Assembly (NCBI RefSeq): GCF_030389965.1
Contig: NZ_CP128399.1
Span: 1,508,934 to 1,540,933 of the forward strand
Length of the DNA: 32,000 nt
Direction: 5' to 3'
Source of the DNA: Candidatus Chlorohelix allophototropha
GTDB lineage: Bacteria > Chloroflexota > Chloroflexia > Chloroheliales > Chloroheliaceae
The notes beneath the pieces were generated by a model. That model was not told where the DNA came from and did not search any database. It worked only from the letters and a program-made list of their open reading frames with translations. The position numbers were made by a program, and so were the translations under genes. Positions 7,951 to 17,668 of this stretch are shown here, piece after piece (within the stretch, counting starts at the first letter, position 1; every line of letters starts with the position of its first letter).

Positions 7951-7998
7951 TCGAGAACCCTTTTCACATAAGTGCATATTCTCGGTGGTTTATTACGA

Positions 7999-8154
7999 TT
8001 CGAATCACACTCCTAATAGTTAATTAATTATCAAAAAAACTCCCGCTACTTTTAACTCTCTACGGAGTTATGATATATATACAAGAAAATTTACAGCCCG
8101 TATTCGATTCCGGATTCTTATTTATACTCGAGTTAGAACCTGATAGTTAGCAAG
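7999..8154 (+). repeat. copy A of a divergent direct repeat (5' leader of the transposase fragment)
   Basis: Hand alignment of the core 8042-8154 against 9346-9458 at a constant offset of 1304 gives 74/113 ungapped matches. This includes the 12-mer CCCGCTACTTTT. TTCGAATCACA (7999-8009) also matches TTCAATCACA (9301-9310). Confidence 0.65.
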
Positions 8155-8229
8155 AATACTTTTGTTGATTGCTAGTTTACAAGTAGAAAAACAGGTTACT
8201 TCTATTTACTTCACAATAGGAGCCATTGT

Positions 8230-9228
8230 ATGTCCTTTCTAGCCCAGCCAATTAGCACAATCCCGGAATTGACTGATCAGGTTACTAAACAGGCTTTTCC
8301 TGAAGGCAATCTTTACATGCGTATTCGCAATGAACTGGGCTGTATTTACTCCGAACGGGACTTTGCTACTTTATTTCCTCCTCGTGCGCGACTCTCTTTT
8401 GCGGCTTGGCGACTGGTTTTGATTACTATCATGCAATATATTGAAAATCTTACCGATCGCCAAGCTGCTGAGATGGTGCGTGGACGAATTGACTGGAAAT
8501 ACGTTTTAGGGCTGGAACTTACCGACAGTGGCTTCGATTCCCATGTTCTGTCAGAATTTCGTACTCGCTTACTCGAAGGTAGCCCTGAAAAACGTTTATT
8601 TGAACTGGTACTGGAACGCCTCAAGCAATGCAGGTTGTTAATGAGCGGGGCTAAACAGCATACCGACTCTTCCTATGTACTGGCAACGTTACGCTCCCTC
8701 AATCGAACCGAAAAGGTCGCCGAAATGTTGCGTGCCACTATTCATGCTCTTGCTATAGTAGCTCCCACTTGGTTGCGTCAGCACCTGACTCCCGAATGGT
8801 TCGAGCGTTACTTCCCTCAGATTGAAGAATACCGTGTTCCCAAAACCGAAGAAGCTCGCAATACCTACATCGAAACGGTAGGAACCGATGGTATCAAGTT
8901 ACTTCAAGCGATCTATGCTGAAACTACCCCACCGGGAGAAACGTTAAGAGCAGTTGAAGAGGTCGAGACTTTAAAACAGCTTTGGGTGCAACATTTTTAC
9001 TTTGAAGCGGGTCAGCTATGCTGGCGCGAGGTCAAAGATATTCCGACTGTGCCCTTGCGTCACAACTTACCTTGTGCTGGCGAAGCGTGCTACGTTGAGA
9101 AACGGGGCATCAAAAAACAAGGCTATGAGGAGCATATGTCCGAAGGCTATACACAGCAGCAGGTACGCTTACTTACTCATGAATTAATTAAAAACTCCAC
9201 AAAAGTTTGTTCGCTTCAATTTAAGTGA
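8230..9228 (+). pseudogene. IS1182/IS5-type transposase, N-terminal fragment only (no DDE catalytic domain)
   Basis: LTDRQAAEMVRGRIDWKYVLGLELTDSGFDSHVLSEFRTRL and QHTDSSYVLATLRSLNRTEKVAEMLRA match the InsH-N-terminal/DUF772-type region of IS1182-like transposases. Those proteins are normally about 450-560 aa. This ORF stops at 332 aa, where the DDE domain should begin, and its tail is degenerate. Confidence 0.7.
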
Positions 9229-9300
9229 TTCTAAGATGCTTTCCGCAACGTTTGGGATTCTAGTTATCCTCAAAACCGCGCTTCCCAAGACCTCATAATA

Positions 9301-9458
9301 TTCAATCACAATTAATAAAAAATTCGATTAAATAGTGAGAAAATGCCCGCTACTTTTGGCAATTGCTGGTGTTCTATTAGTTATACAGGGAGAATCACAG
9401 CACAAATCCAATTCTGGATTTTCGCTTATTACTGGTTTAGAACTTAATATTCAGCAAG
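9301..9458 (+). repeat. copy B of the divergent direct repeat (5' leader of the receiver-domain gene)
   Basis: See copy A. The distance from the end of the core to the downstream ATG is 77 nt here (ATG 9535) and 76 nt in copy A (ATG 8230). Confidence 0.65.
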
Positions 9459-9534
9459 GGTTTGAAACCCGCGTTCTTGCAGCGTTTCTAAGCCAAAGTT
9501 CTATTTGTTTGTAGTTATGCCGGGAGGGTATTCA

Positions 9535-9978
9535 ATGCTCACTGAGGATGAATTCAATAATGACAAGATTCGGGTGCTATTAGTAGAAGAAAGTCCTTCT
9601 TACAAGTTAGAATTGCGCCTAACCCTAAGCAACCAGCCTGATTTTGAGGTAGTAGCCGAAGCAACTGCCGGGTGGCAGGCACTCGATTTGGTAAAGTTGC
9701 ACCAACCCGCTCTGGTTTTATGCTGCCTCACGCTGCCCGATCAATATGGAATTAGCCTTACCCGCCAACTTGTCCACCAAAATTCTGGTTTGCAAGTAAT
9801 CATTCTTGGCGACAATGATGATTATGAATTCGTAAGCAGCGCTTTTCAGGCGCATGCTGCTGCCTATTGTTCAAGGTCGGCTGGAATCGAGAAAATTCTG
9901 GCGATGCTACGATTAGTGGCGCAAAAACCTTATGGTAGGGTTTCTTCTATCAAGAATAAAATCCTTGCCAACAAATAA
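9535..9978 (+). CDS. stand-alone NarL/FixJ-type receiver domain with substituted phospho-acceptor site (pseudo-receiver)
   Basis: The track ORF starts at 9505. I prefer ATG 9535, which follows GGGAGGG. By eye against NarL, the acidic pair DD becomes EE (VLLVEES). The phospho-acceptor D becomes C (ALVLCCLTLPDQYG). The conserved T/S becomes G (VIILGDN) and the conserved K becomes R (AYCSRS). Confidence 0.65.
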   Translation: MLTEDEFNNDKIRVLLVEESPSYKLELRLTLSNQPDFEVVAEATAGWQALDLVKLHQPALVLCCLTLPDQYGISLTRQLVHQNSGLQVIILGDNDDYEFVSSAFQAHAAAYCSRSAGIEKILAMLRLVAQKPYGRVSSIKNKILANK

Positions 9979-10207
9979 GTTACAGCTATACAAATTTGTA
10001 ATCAAAAATCGGGGCAGTTAAAGCAGAAAATTAATACAAAGGTGTTATTTATATACATGTAAAATATCCGTAGCTCTCATAATTGCGGAAAATGTAAAGT
10101 TGGAGTTCCCCGTATTATTAATCAGGGTCTGAAAGCGGTGCAAGGTCGTTTGCTCACGATATGCTTGCCATTACGTTCGCTGAATAGCCCTGCTGGACTG
10201 AGGTATT

Positions 10208-11020
10208 ATGCTTAAAGATAGCGAAGTAATGGATTGGTGCCAAGAATTAGTTGAAAAAGGTCGATTCCGCCAAGAGTATCACCAGTTGCGGAAAATAGCC
10301 TCCGGTCAACATGTCGATATAAACCGCGTGAACGATACACATGTGAGTTTTAGTTTTGTTACCCAAGCCCCTATTCCTCGCAAAGCGATTATTCTGGTAG
10401 ATGCCCTTTATCCCGATACGCCCCCACAGCTTTTTTTGCAGGATGGCGAAGATTTTAAGCGCATTGATGTTCTAAAACGTTGGGAATGGCATTCCTACTA
10501 TTACTTGAGCGAATTAGTGCAGGGTATTATCACATCCACCAAACGTAAAATCGTTACAATAGCTGTTGGTTTAACTTGGGCTGCGCTCCTCTTGTTGGTT
10601 TCTCTGATAATACTTATACCACCGATGTTCCAATCACCTGCCGTGCTTGTTTCGGAGTCTAGCCCTTCATCTGTTACCCAGACTCTGGATAATCGTAGCC
10701 AATCTCTGTCGGATCATATTGCCTATCTAGAAGAATTAATTAAAACTCACCCACTTGATCTGGCAATTAGCCTTGAGCTTACCAGTAGCAAGTTGGCGCA
10801 AGTGCAGCTTGATCTAGAAAAAACGATAATTCAACAAAATTCTGAAGATAATATTACTAGCGGGGCTGATACTACTGCTCCACTACTGGCGCAGGTAGTA
10901 ACCACTAATCCGGTGAAAGCTATTACGACAATTGCCACTACTACCCCCCCACCCGACAGTAATAATGATGCTACTCAGCAATATGTCGAATTAGCGAAAA
11001 CTCCTGCGCCTTCAAATTAA
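10208..11020 (+). CDS. single-pass membrane protein with N-terminal RWD/UEV(E2-variant)-like domain and low-complexity C-terminus
   Basis: An N-terminal helix is followed by beta-rich segments and [16 protein letters not shown], a YPxxxP flap motif as in RWD/UBC folds. There is no catalytic Cys or HPN motif. A TM helix ([25 protein letters not shown]) is followed by a coiled-coil and a T/P/S-rich tail. Confidence 0.45.
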   Translation: MLKDSEVMDWCQELVEKGRFRQEYHQLRKIASGQHVDINRVNDTHVSFSFVTQAPIPRKAIILVDALYPDTPPQLFLQDGEDFKRIDVLKRWEWHSYYYLSELVQGIITSTKRKIVTIAVGLTWAALLLLVSLIILIPPMFQSPAVLVSESSPSSVTQTLDNRSQSLSDHIAYLEELIKTHPLDLAISLELTSSKLAQVQLDLEKTIIQQNSEDNITSGADTTAPLLAQVVTTNPVKAITTIATTTPPPDSNNDATQQYVELAKTPAPSN

Positions 11021-11581
11021 CCCGGTTTCGGAGTTATCTAGGCTTGCCAGCCACTCTGCGGTGGTTAGTACCTTACTGAAGCGCATAGCCTGAGTTACCA
11101 GAATAGCGCGGTGCAATTCCTCATCTGTCACCGCGCCAGCCCCGTTCTTAATACTTAGCGTGCCGGTAGCGTCAGAGAGAAATTCCACGTTTAAACCCAT
11201 GTGCATTGCCTGTCGCGCCGTAGTGTCACAACACATTTGGGTCATATAACCGCTGATGGTTAGTGTATCCACTCCGTGTTCTGTCAGCCATTCCTCTAGA
11301 GTAGTACCCGTAAAACTCCCCGGCAAATTTTTTTCAATTAGGGTAGCACGCGGACGACTCGCTACTTCGGAGTGTAATTCCCATTCATGACTGCCCTTGC
11401 GAAAAGTGGCTGAGTTAGGTTGTGGGGCAGTGTGCTGAATAACCACTACTACCACCCCGTGAGCATTAGCCTCATCCATCGCTTTCAGTATATTTTCAAA
11501 ACTGCCGGGCGGATAAGTGACCGGTAACTTACCTGTAAAATATTCATATTGCACATCAATCACCAGCAAGGCTCTTTTCAT
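11012..11581 (-). CDS. isochorismatase-family cysteine hydrolase
   Basis: ATG 11581 is preceded by GAGGTG, whereas the track starts at GTG 11590. [13 protein letters not shown] and [17 protein letters not shown] are the typical isochorismatase/nicotinamidase-like motifs, including the catalytic Cys. The 3' end overlaps the convergent gene by 9 bp. Confidence 0.85.
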   Translation of the reverse strand: MKRALLVIDVQYEYFTGKLPVTYPPGSFENILKAMDEANAHGVVVVVIQHTAPQPNSATFRKGSHEWELHSEVASRPRATLIEKNLPGSFTGTTLEEWLTEHGVDTLTISGYMTQMCCDTTARQAMHMGLNVEFLSDATGTLSIKNGAGAVTDEELHRAILVTQAMRFSKVLTTAEWLASLDNSETGLI

Positions 11582-11775
11582 CAGTAACACCTCAATACAT
11601 TTTTTTAATAAACTTGTATAATAATTTCAATAATCTTTTATCAGGAAACGGTATTATCTAGAATACACAGATAAGATATAATTGTAAAATAACGTACATC
11701 TCGTCGCCGCTCAAGTGTTACACATACAATAAAGCTACGCTTCAGGGATACTACTATAGAAGTAGAGGTTCTAAA

Positions 11776-12234
11776 ATGTTCAATCAATTATCCCGGTTGA
11801 TAAAAAGAATAGTTTTGTTTTGGCTGGCGTTTGTACTTACGATTATCTGGTTTGGAATCTCTGCCATAGGTAATTGGTATCCCACCGATCCAAATTACGA
11901 AGACAGGTTTTTATATCTAAATGTAGCGATAGCGGTCGGTGTCATCTGGTTAGTTTTTTTGACCAGTTTTCTAACGACAAGAGCCGAATCATTCAAACAT
12001 TGGTTTGGCATAATACCCGGTTTAGTATTCGGTATTATCCTTACCGTTTTTACTTTTATTTCCGCCGAATGTGCCATGCTTATCTACATGACTACCCGCA
12101 AAGATATCCTGACTATAACTCAGGCGGAATTTTGGTTTGGGTCGGCGATTGCCAGCGGGCTATTGGGTTTGCCGGTGCTTTTCAGCGTGGCAATACTAAG
12201 TATTAAAGGGTTGGTCAATTTGGTAATTGCATAA
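11776..12234 (+). CDS. hypothetical integral membrane protein (about 4 TM helices)
   Basis: The 152-aa protein is strongly hydrophobic with four predicted TM segments. A GAGG lies shortly before the ATG. I do not recognise a family. Confidence 0.5.
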   Translation: MFNQLSRLIKRIVLFWLAFVLTIIWFGISAIGNWYPTDPNYEDRFLYLNVAIAVGVIWLVFLTSFLTTRAESFKHWFGIIPGLVFGIILTVFTFISAECAMLIYMTTRKDILTITQAEFWFGSAIASGLLGLPVLFSVAILSIKGLVNLVIA

Positions 12235-12248
12235 CGCCGCCAAATTTT

Positions 12249-13544
12249 TTACTTGCCCCATGCCGTATAATCGGCAAACCAGCGCCGCATTTGTCCATTC
12301 CGCTCTATTCCAACCGCTTCCTGAAAATAGCCGTTAGAAGCTGCCAACCACACCGCTATCGCATGTGCCGCGCCTGGTGTATCATAAGCCGCGCCCGAAC
12401 ACTGTTCTATAAAGTAGCGCACCTCTTGCTCGAAGCGCACCCCTTCAATTGTATCATCCTGTGTGGGCGAGGCAACCGGGATAGGACCGAGCCAACTCCA
12501 GATAGGACCACGCCATAACTGATAAAGCTGTTGCTGTTCTTCGGTAAGAACAGGATTCATAACGCCGGGTGTCCAACCGCTTTCGGTGATAACGGAAAAC
12601 AACGTGCTGGATACAATCGCCTGTTTCAGCCAATCGGGGAAGTGCACAATAGCGCGATCTTCCCAAGCGTGTCCCGGTCGCCAGTAATTGTGCCAGCTAA
12701 AGCCCGGAAAACGCTCAATTGCCGGGCGCAACCGATCATATTTGTTTCCGGTGGGCTTTCCGTTGTCGTAAAAATAGAAACCGCCGAAATAATCGGGATG
12801 CCCATCTTGCCCCAAGGGCGGGAAGTATAGTTGCACGTCCCTAAACGGCGCAGCATCGGGTTGGCTCAAGCGTTGTTCCCAAACATCATACAGTTGCAAA
12901 TAAAAGCGATTGATGGCATCGTATTTGGTGGGGTCATCGTTGCTTTGCCACGATAGCACGTTTTGGTAATATGTGCCATTGCTCCATTCTAGGTTAGGCT
13001 CGTTGCCCGGAATCAGGCGGGTTAAATGTCTACCCAACCGCGCCTGTTGCCCCTTCAGCACATTTATCATATCTTCTACTGCATCTTTAGGCTCACCGCT
13101 GATGGTATTCCTTTCGCCGCCGAATGGCTCGGTCAAACCGCCGGGAAATCGTTGCGGATAAATACGCAGGTAAATTTCGCTGCCCTGCTTTTGAAATGCC
13201 AGCAAATCCTGTTCCATGCTCACCCCCGCGCTGTTCCCGGCGGCTTCAAGGTCGGCGCTGAGCGCTAGAATCATACCCGGTGGGCGATTCAACCCGTTTA
13301 TATCGCGGAAGGATTGGAAAGAGCTTCGGTCGGTATCTGTCCAGTGAAACCCTACCGGAGCATGAATACCTCGTTGTGGGTTGAGTCGGGCGCGCGGAAT
13401 TGCTGAATTGACCCTTTCAATATTCTTAATGAGGGATTGCAAAGGAGGCTGCGGCGGTTCGTTCGATCCGGTCAGTAGTAGAAATAGCTCTAACGCCAAT
13501 ATTGGAACCAGCAGCAAAGGGAGGAATTTTAGGTATTTTCGCAA
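12249..13544 (-). CDS. secreted/anchored clan GH-A-like glycoside hydrolase (TIM barrel), family uncertain
   Basis: The N-terminal hydrophobic segment LKFLPLLLVPILALELFLLL is signal-like. LIPGNEPNLEW is an acid/base NEP motif. VITESGWTPG lies ~140 aa later and is a nucleophile TE-G motif, as expected for clan GH-A. Confidence 0.5.
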   Translation of the reverse strand: MRKYLKFLPLLLVPILALELFLLLTGSNEPPQPPLQSLIKNIERVNSAIPRARLNPQRGIHAPVGFHWTDTDRSSFQSFRDINGLNRPPGMILALSADLEAAGNSAGVSMEQDLLAFQKQGSEIYLRIYPQRFPGGLTEPFGGERNTISGEPKDAVEDMINVLKGQQARLGRHLTRLIPGNEPNLEWSNGTYYQNVLSWQSNDDPTKYDAINRFYLQLYDVWEQRLSQPDAAPFRDVQLYFPPLGQDGHPDYFGGFYFYDNGKPTGNKYDRLRPAIERFPGFSWHNYWRPGHAWEDRAIVHFPDWLKQAIVSSTLFSVITESGWTPGVMNPVLTEEQQQLYQLWRGPIWSWLGPIPVASPTQDDTIEGVRFEQEVRYFIEQCSGAAYDTPGAAHAIAVWLAASNGYFQEAVGIERNGQMRRWFADYTAWGK

Positions 13545-13546
13545 GC

Positions 13547-15010
13547 CTATACCTTAGCGCGTCTGTGTCCGTAAAATGCTACCAGCACAACGCAAGCGCC
13601 GAAGAGGAAGAATACCGGCACAATGCCATTGCCTACACCCAGAACCGCTCCAAAAATGTCGCCCAATGCACCTGCAAAGAGAATCGGTATAATTGAAACG
13701 GCATTGGCAAAAGTGAAATACGCTGCGAATACACGCCCTACCAACTCTTTAGGAGAGCGTTCCTGTAGAATTGTCAGCGCGGGGATATTCAATAGACCGA
13801 TAGCAAAGCCAAAGGGTATAGATAGGGACACCAGCAAGAGAATAAGTCCCGGGCCACCGAGCGGTACACCCGGTGCGGTTATCAGCACCCACAGGTCGGC
13901 AATCGGTTTTACAAGACCGACTAATGCCAGAATAATACCCAATGCGCCACAGGCATACTTGAGAGCAGTCAGGCGGTTGGCAGGGGTTACAACCCGATTG
14001 ACCAGCACAACCGCAACGCCAAGTCCAATCGAAAGCGGGGCAAGTACGAAAATAATGCTATTACTCGATTGCTTCAACCCCTTCTCGCCGACAAAAGGGA
14101 TACCGATTGCGGTCATAGTGAACAGGGCGGTTTGCACGGTAGAGAGATAAACTATCGCCAGCCATATCTGGGTATCTTTGCGAATAAATTGCCACGCCTC
14201 GTACACACCAAGAAATATATCCTTAATAGTCTGCCAAATAGTTTTATCACCCGGTCGTTTGTGAACTTGTTCGCTTTTTGGCAATGCCCACACCAGCCAT
14301 ATACAAATGAAATATAGAATCCCAATTACCAGAAAAACCTTGTCGGGACCGATTAGGTCGGGCAGAAGTGGACCTAGCAGCGAAGTACCAAGAAAGAGGG
14401 TGGCGAAAAGGGTTATCTGGAAGAGCGAATTGGCTTTGGTAAGTTGGTGAGGCTTGACCAATAGCGGAATCGCGGCAGCTTCTGCCGGATTAAAAAACTG
14501 GCTGATGGTCGAAAAGATAATGGTTATCAAATAAATGATAGGTAACGCCAACCCCAAAGGCAAGGCAGTCATGAAAAAGAGCCAGGGAACCAGTAAAGCG
14601 CGAGTGATGTTAGTAACAAGCAGGGTAGTGCGCTTGCGAAACCAATCTACAAATACTCCGGCAATTGCGCTGAAGAAAACACCCGGCAGCAAGAAACAAG
14701 CGGTAACAATAGAAGTTTGGGTGGGCGAGTCTTTGGTGAGTTTACCTACGTACACTATCAGCGAAATATTCAGAGTGTGTTGCGCGGTTTGGGAGAGGGC
14801 TTGCGCAATCCACAGGTACATAAAGTAGCGATTACGCCAGACCGGAATATTGTCTGTCCCATTTGGATCAAGCTTCCGCGCTTCCTCATTCGAGGCTTCA
14901 ACCTCAGAATAATCGTAGGCTAGTGCGAATTCTTTATCAGCCACATTTTTATGATATTTTTCCGCCTGTCCCGCCGGATTGTGTTCATCTTCGCGTGGAC
15001 TAATCGACAT
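13547..15010 (-). CDS. MFS transporter (MFS_3/enterobactin-exporter-like)
   Basis: There are about 12 TM segments. WRNRYFMYLWIAQALSQTAQ is the typical N-terminal motif of this MFS subfamily. The gene stops 2 nt before the start of the GH-like gene. Confidence 0.85.
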   Translation of the reverse strand: MSISPREDEHNPAGQAEKYHKNVADKEFALAYDYSEVEASNEEARKLDPNGTDNIPVWRNRYFMYLWIAQALSQTAQHTLNISLIVYVGKLTKDSPTQTSIVTACFLLPGVFFSAIAGVFVDWFRKRTTLLVTNITRALLVPWLFFMTALPLGLALPIIYLITIIFSTISQFFNPAEAAAIPLLVKPHQLTKANSLFQITLFATLFLGTSLLGPLLPDLIGPDKVFLVIGILYFICIWLVWALPKSEQVHKRPGDKTIWQTIKDIFLGVYEAWQFIRKDTQIWLAIVYLSTVQTALFTMTAIGIPFVGEKGLKQSSNSIIFVLAPLSIGLGVAVVLVNRVVTPANRLTALKYACGALGIILALVGLVKPIADLWVLITAPGVPLGGPGLILLLVSLSIPFGFAIGLLNIPALTILQERSPKELVGRVFAAYFTFANAVSIIPILFAGALGDIFGAVLGVGNGIVPVFFLFGACVVLVAFYGHRRAKV

Positions 15011-15022
15011 CTTACCTCAGTA

Positions 15023-15262
15023 TCAGGGCTGACGGTTAATAAATGCCTTGAAACGCCGCTCAAATTCACTGCGGGGTAATAACACCCTACGATCACAGCC
15101 GAGACAACGCATACCGATATCTGCACCTACTCGTACCACCCTCCAGTCGTAACTACCGCATGGGTGAGGTTTGCGTAAGCGTACCTCATGCCCTACTTCT
15201 ACCTCGCGGGCAGGGTTTGACTTGGGAGGTTGGGGAGAAACCGAGTCCGGTTGTTCTGGCAT
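15023..15262 (-). CDS. DUF951 family small protein (HPC...CxxC zinc-knuckle-like)
   Basis: [50 protein letters not shown] matches my memory of the DUF951 consensus. It sits 12 nt upstream of the MFS gene. Confidence 0.7.
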   Translation of the reverse strand: MPEQPDSVSPQPPKSNPAREVEVGHEVRLRKPHPCGSYDWRVVRVGADIGMRCLGCDRRVLLPRSEFERRFKAFINRQP

Positions 15263-15427
15263 TGCTATAAACCGCTAAAATATTTAGAAAGATGATCCCT
15301 TAAAATGCTACTCGTCCCTAATAGCAAGAAAACCCCACTCTAGGGTTATATTATTATATCTGGCGCATTATAGCATAGATACGTAGTAAGCGATAACTTC
15401 AACAGCCAGTGGCGAACTGGAGGAGGT

Positions 15428-17668
15428 TTATTTATTATCCAGAATTTGCCTTACCTTTTCGCTCAAACTTTGGATATTATACGGTTTTTCGAGGAAGTTA
15501 ATTTCGATGACGGGCGTTTGTTCTTTAAAGATAGTGGTTTGTGTGTAACCGGAAGTATAAAGCACCTTAATATTCGGTCTGTCTTTTAGCAAAAGTTGGC
15601 TGAATTCCCACCCGTTCATTTCCGGCATTAACATGTCGGTTATTAACAGGTGAATCGGGGCATTGTAGTCCTTTGCTAATATTAATGCTTCTTGCGGATT
15701 TGAGGCCTCCAACACATTATAACCCTTTTTACACAAAATCCGACCAGTCAATTTTCGAATGGTATTATCATCTTCTGCCAGTAATATTGTTTCAACTCCT
15801 TTTGTATGGGTCAATGTAACGCTTTTATCTTGGGTTAAAACACCGATTTTCTCGTTTGAGACTGGCAGGTATATTCTAAAAGTAGTGCCATACCCAAGGC
15901 TGGTTTCCAGTGCAATATGACCTCCAGTCTGTTTGACAATACCATAGACTGTAGATAAACCCAGTCCTGTACCTTGCCCTTTGTCTTTGGTAGTAAAGAA
16001 AGGTTCAAAAATTTTTGATTTTATTTCCTCACTAATACCTTGTCCCGTATCGCTAACTGCCAGCATAATATAAGAACCGGGGATAACTTCAGGATGTGTC
16101 TGGCAATATTTTTCATCCAATTCCAACTGAGCGGTTTCGAGACTCAAGCTTCCACCGTTTGGCATAGCATCGCGAGAATTTACTACCAGATTCATAATCA
16201 CCTGTTCAATCTGGTTTGGGTCGGCTAATACCGCTTCAAGGTTACTTTCAAGTTTAGTGCTGAGTTTAATATTCTCTCCAATCAAGCGGAGAAGCATTTT
16301 TTCGATTTCCGCTACCACCTTGTTCAAATCTAGTGGTCGAGGTTCAATAACCTTATGACGGCTTAGAGTCAGCAATTGCCGAGTCAGACTGGTGGCGGAT
16401 TCTGCTACTTTGCGAATCCCTTCTACTTCAGACCTGATGGAGTTGCCGGGATTTAGTTCCTCCAGCGCCAAATCAGTATGACCAATTATAGCGGTCAGCA
16501 GGTTGTTAAAATCGTGCGCTACTCCACCGGCTAAACGACCTATAGCTTCCATTTTTTGCGCTTGCCGAAATTGCTCTTCCACTTGATGCAGCGCTTCTTC
16601 CGCTTGCTTGCGGCTTGTAATATCCACCGTTACTCCGATAAAGTACGCGGGATTTCCTGCCGAATCTCGCACCAGTGCCGGATTCAGGCTCACCCAGATT
16701 ATCGAACCGTCTTTTTTGATGTACCGTTTCTCAAGATAATTTTGCTGAAACTCGCCGATTTGCAGTTTTCTTAACATTTCACGATTGATTTTGTCATCGT
16801 CAGGGTGAGTAATGTCGTAAGTGGTAAGCTGGAGAAATTCTTCTTCAGTATAGCCAAGTATTTTACATATTTGCGGGTTTGCTTGCAGATACTGTCCGTC
16901 CAGACTCAGCAGAGTGATACCGACTGCCGCTTGTTCGAAAATAGCCCGAAAGCGTTCCTCGCTATTGAAAAGTCGTTCCAAAACGGCAGCGCGTTGTTTT
17001 TTCATTAGGAAATTATCTAGCGCAAAAGAAATATCTTGTGCCATTTCTTCAATTAAATTAATTATGTCAGGGTCAAAATAGTGTGGTTTGCTCGAATAAA
17101 GGGTTATCAGCCCGACTACGCACCCTTGTTCCAGCAATGGAAAAGCGGCAGAGGAAGCAAACCCATAATATTTGGCGGAATCTCGCCACGGCAAAGTAAC
17201 GGGGTCGGCAAAGAAGTCGTTACACACATAGCGTCGGTTCTCCCGAAAGGCAGTGCCAGAAGGTCCCCTTCCTTCCGGTACATCAGCGCTAGTTGATATT
17301 TTGACACCTTTAAGGTAATCTTGCCCCTCTCCGTAACAGGCTACATTGATGAAGAGGTTAGTAACCGGGTCAGGAATTCCAATCCATGCCATTCTCAGCC
17401 CGCCGTAATCCACGGCAACTCGGCAGATTTCATGGAATAATTGGTTGCGGTCTTTTATTCTTACAATAGCATGGTTGGTGTAGCTTAAGGCGCTATATAG
17501 GTTGGTTAAGTTTAAGACACGTTGTTCTGCGTGTTCCAATTCAGAGATTCTGGAAGTCGCCTCAAGCGTTTGCAGTTTCTGTTTTTCTAATTGGTTCTCT
17601 AACTCTCTAATACGCCGGGATAGCGTTTCAGTTTCGAGGCTTTCAAGTTGACTAAGTTCATCCGGCAT
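15428..17668 (-). CDS. cytoplasmic hybrid sensor histidine kinase (coiled-coil, GAF, PAS, HisKA, HATPase_c, REC)
   Basis: I prefer ATG 17668, preceded by GGAG, over the track TTG at 17740. The H-box is [17 protein letters not shown]. The N/G boxes are [14 protein letters not shown] and [15 protein letters not shown]. The C-terminal receiver carries [20 protein letters not shown] and EKPY. No TM segment is present. Confidence 0.9.
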   Translation of the reverse strand: MPDELSQLESLETETLSRRIRELENQLEKQKLQTLEATSRISELEHAEQRVLNLTNLYSALSYTNHAIVRIKDRNQLFHEICRVAVDYGGLRMAWIGIPDPVTNLFINVACYGEGQDYLKGVKISTSADVPEGRGPSGTAFRENRRYVCNDFFADPVTLPWRDSAKYYGFASSAAFPLLEQGCVVGLITLYSSKPHYFDPDIINLIEEMAQDISFALDNFLMKKQRAAVLERLFNSEERFRAIFEQAAVGITLLSLDGQYLQANPQICKILGYTEEEFLQLTTYDITHPDDDKINREMLRKLQIGEFQQNYLEKRYIKKDGSIIWVSLNPALVRDSAGNPAYFIGVTVDITSRKQAEEALHQVEEQFRQAQKMEAIGRLAGGVAHDFNNLLTAIIGHTDLALEELNPGNSIRSEVEGIRKVAESATSLTRQLLTLSRHKVIEPRPLDLNKVVAEIEKMLLRLIGENIKLSTKLESNLEAVLADPNQIEQVIMNLVVNSRDAMPNGGSLSLETAQLELDEKYCQTHPEVIPGSYIMLAVSDTGQGISEEIKSKIFEPFFTTKDKGQGTGLGLSTVYGIVKQTGGHIALETSLGYGTTFRIYLPVSNEKIGVLTQDKSVTLTHTKGVETILLAEDDNTIRKLTGRILCKKGYNVLEASNPQEALILAKDYNAPIHLLITDMLMPEMNGWEFSQLLLKDRPNIKVLYTSGYTQTTIFKEQTPVIEINFLEKPYNIQSLSEKVRQILDNK

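Noticed and set aside
7991-8015. GATTCGAATC (7998-8007) resembles a tRNA T-loop (GGTTCGAATCC), which could suggest a tRNA or a tRNA-derived att site at the edge of the accessory region.
   Set aside because: The flanking bases do not form a T-stem (TACGA against CACAC). No acceptor stem or anticodon arm can be drawn. The similar string in copy B (TTCAATCACA) lacks the G.
8070-8150. A 26-codon ORF (MIYIQENLQPVFDSGFLFILELEPDS) lies inside repeat copy A and could be a leader peptide.
   Set aside because: Copy B has no start codon at the homologous position. The amino-acid similarity between copies (about 10/23) is no better than expected from 65% nucleotide identity.
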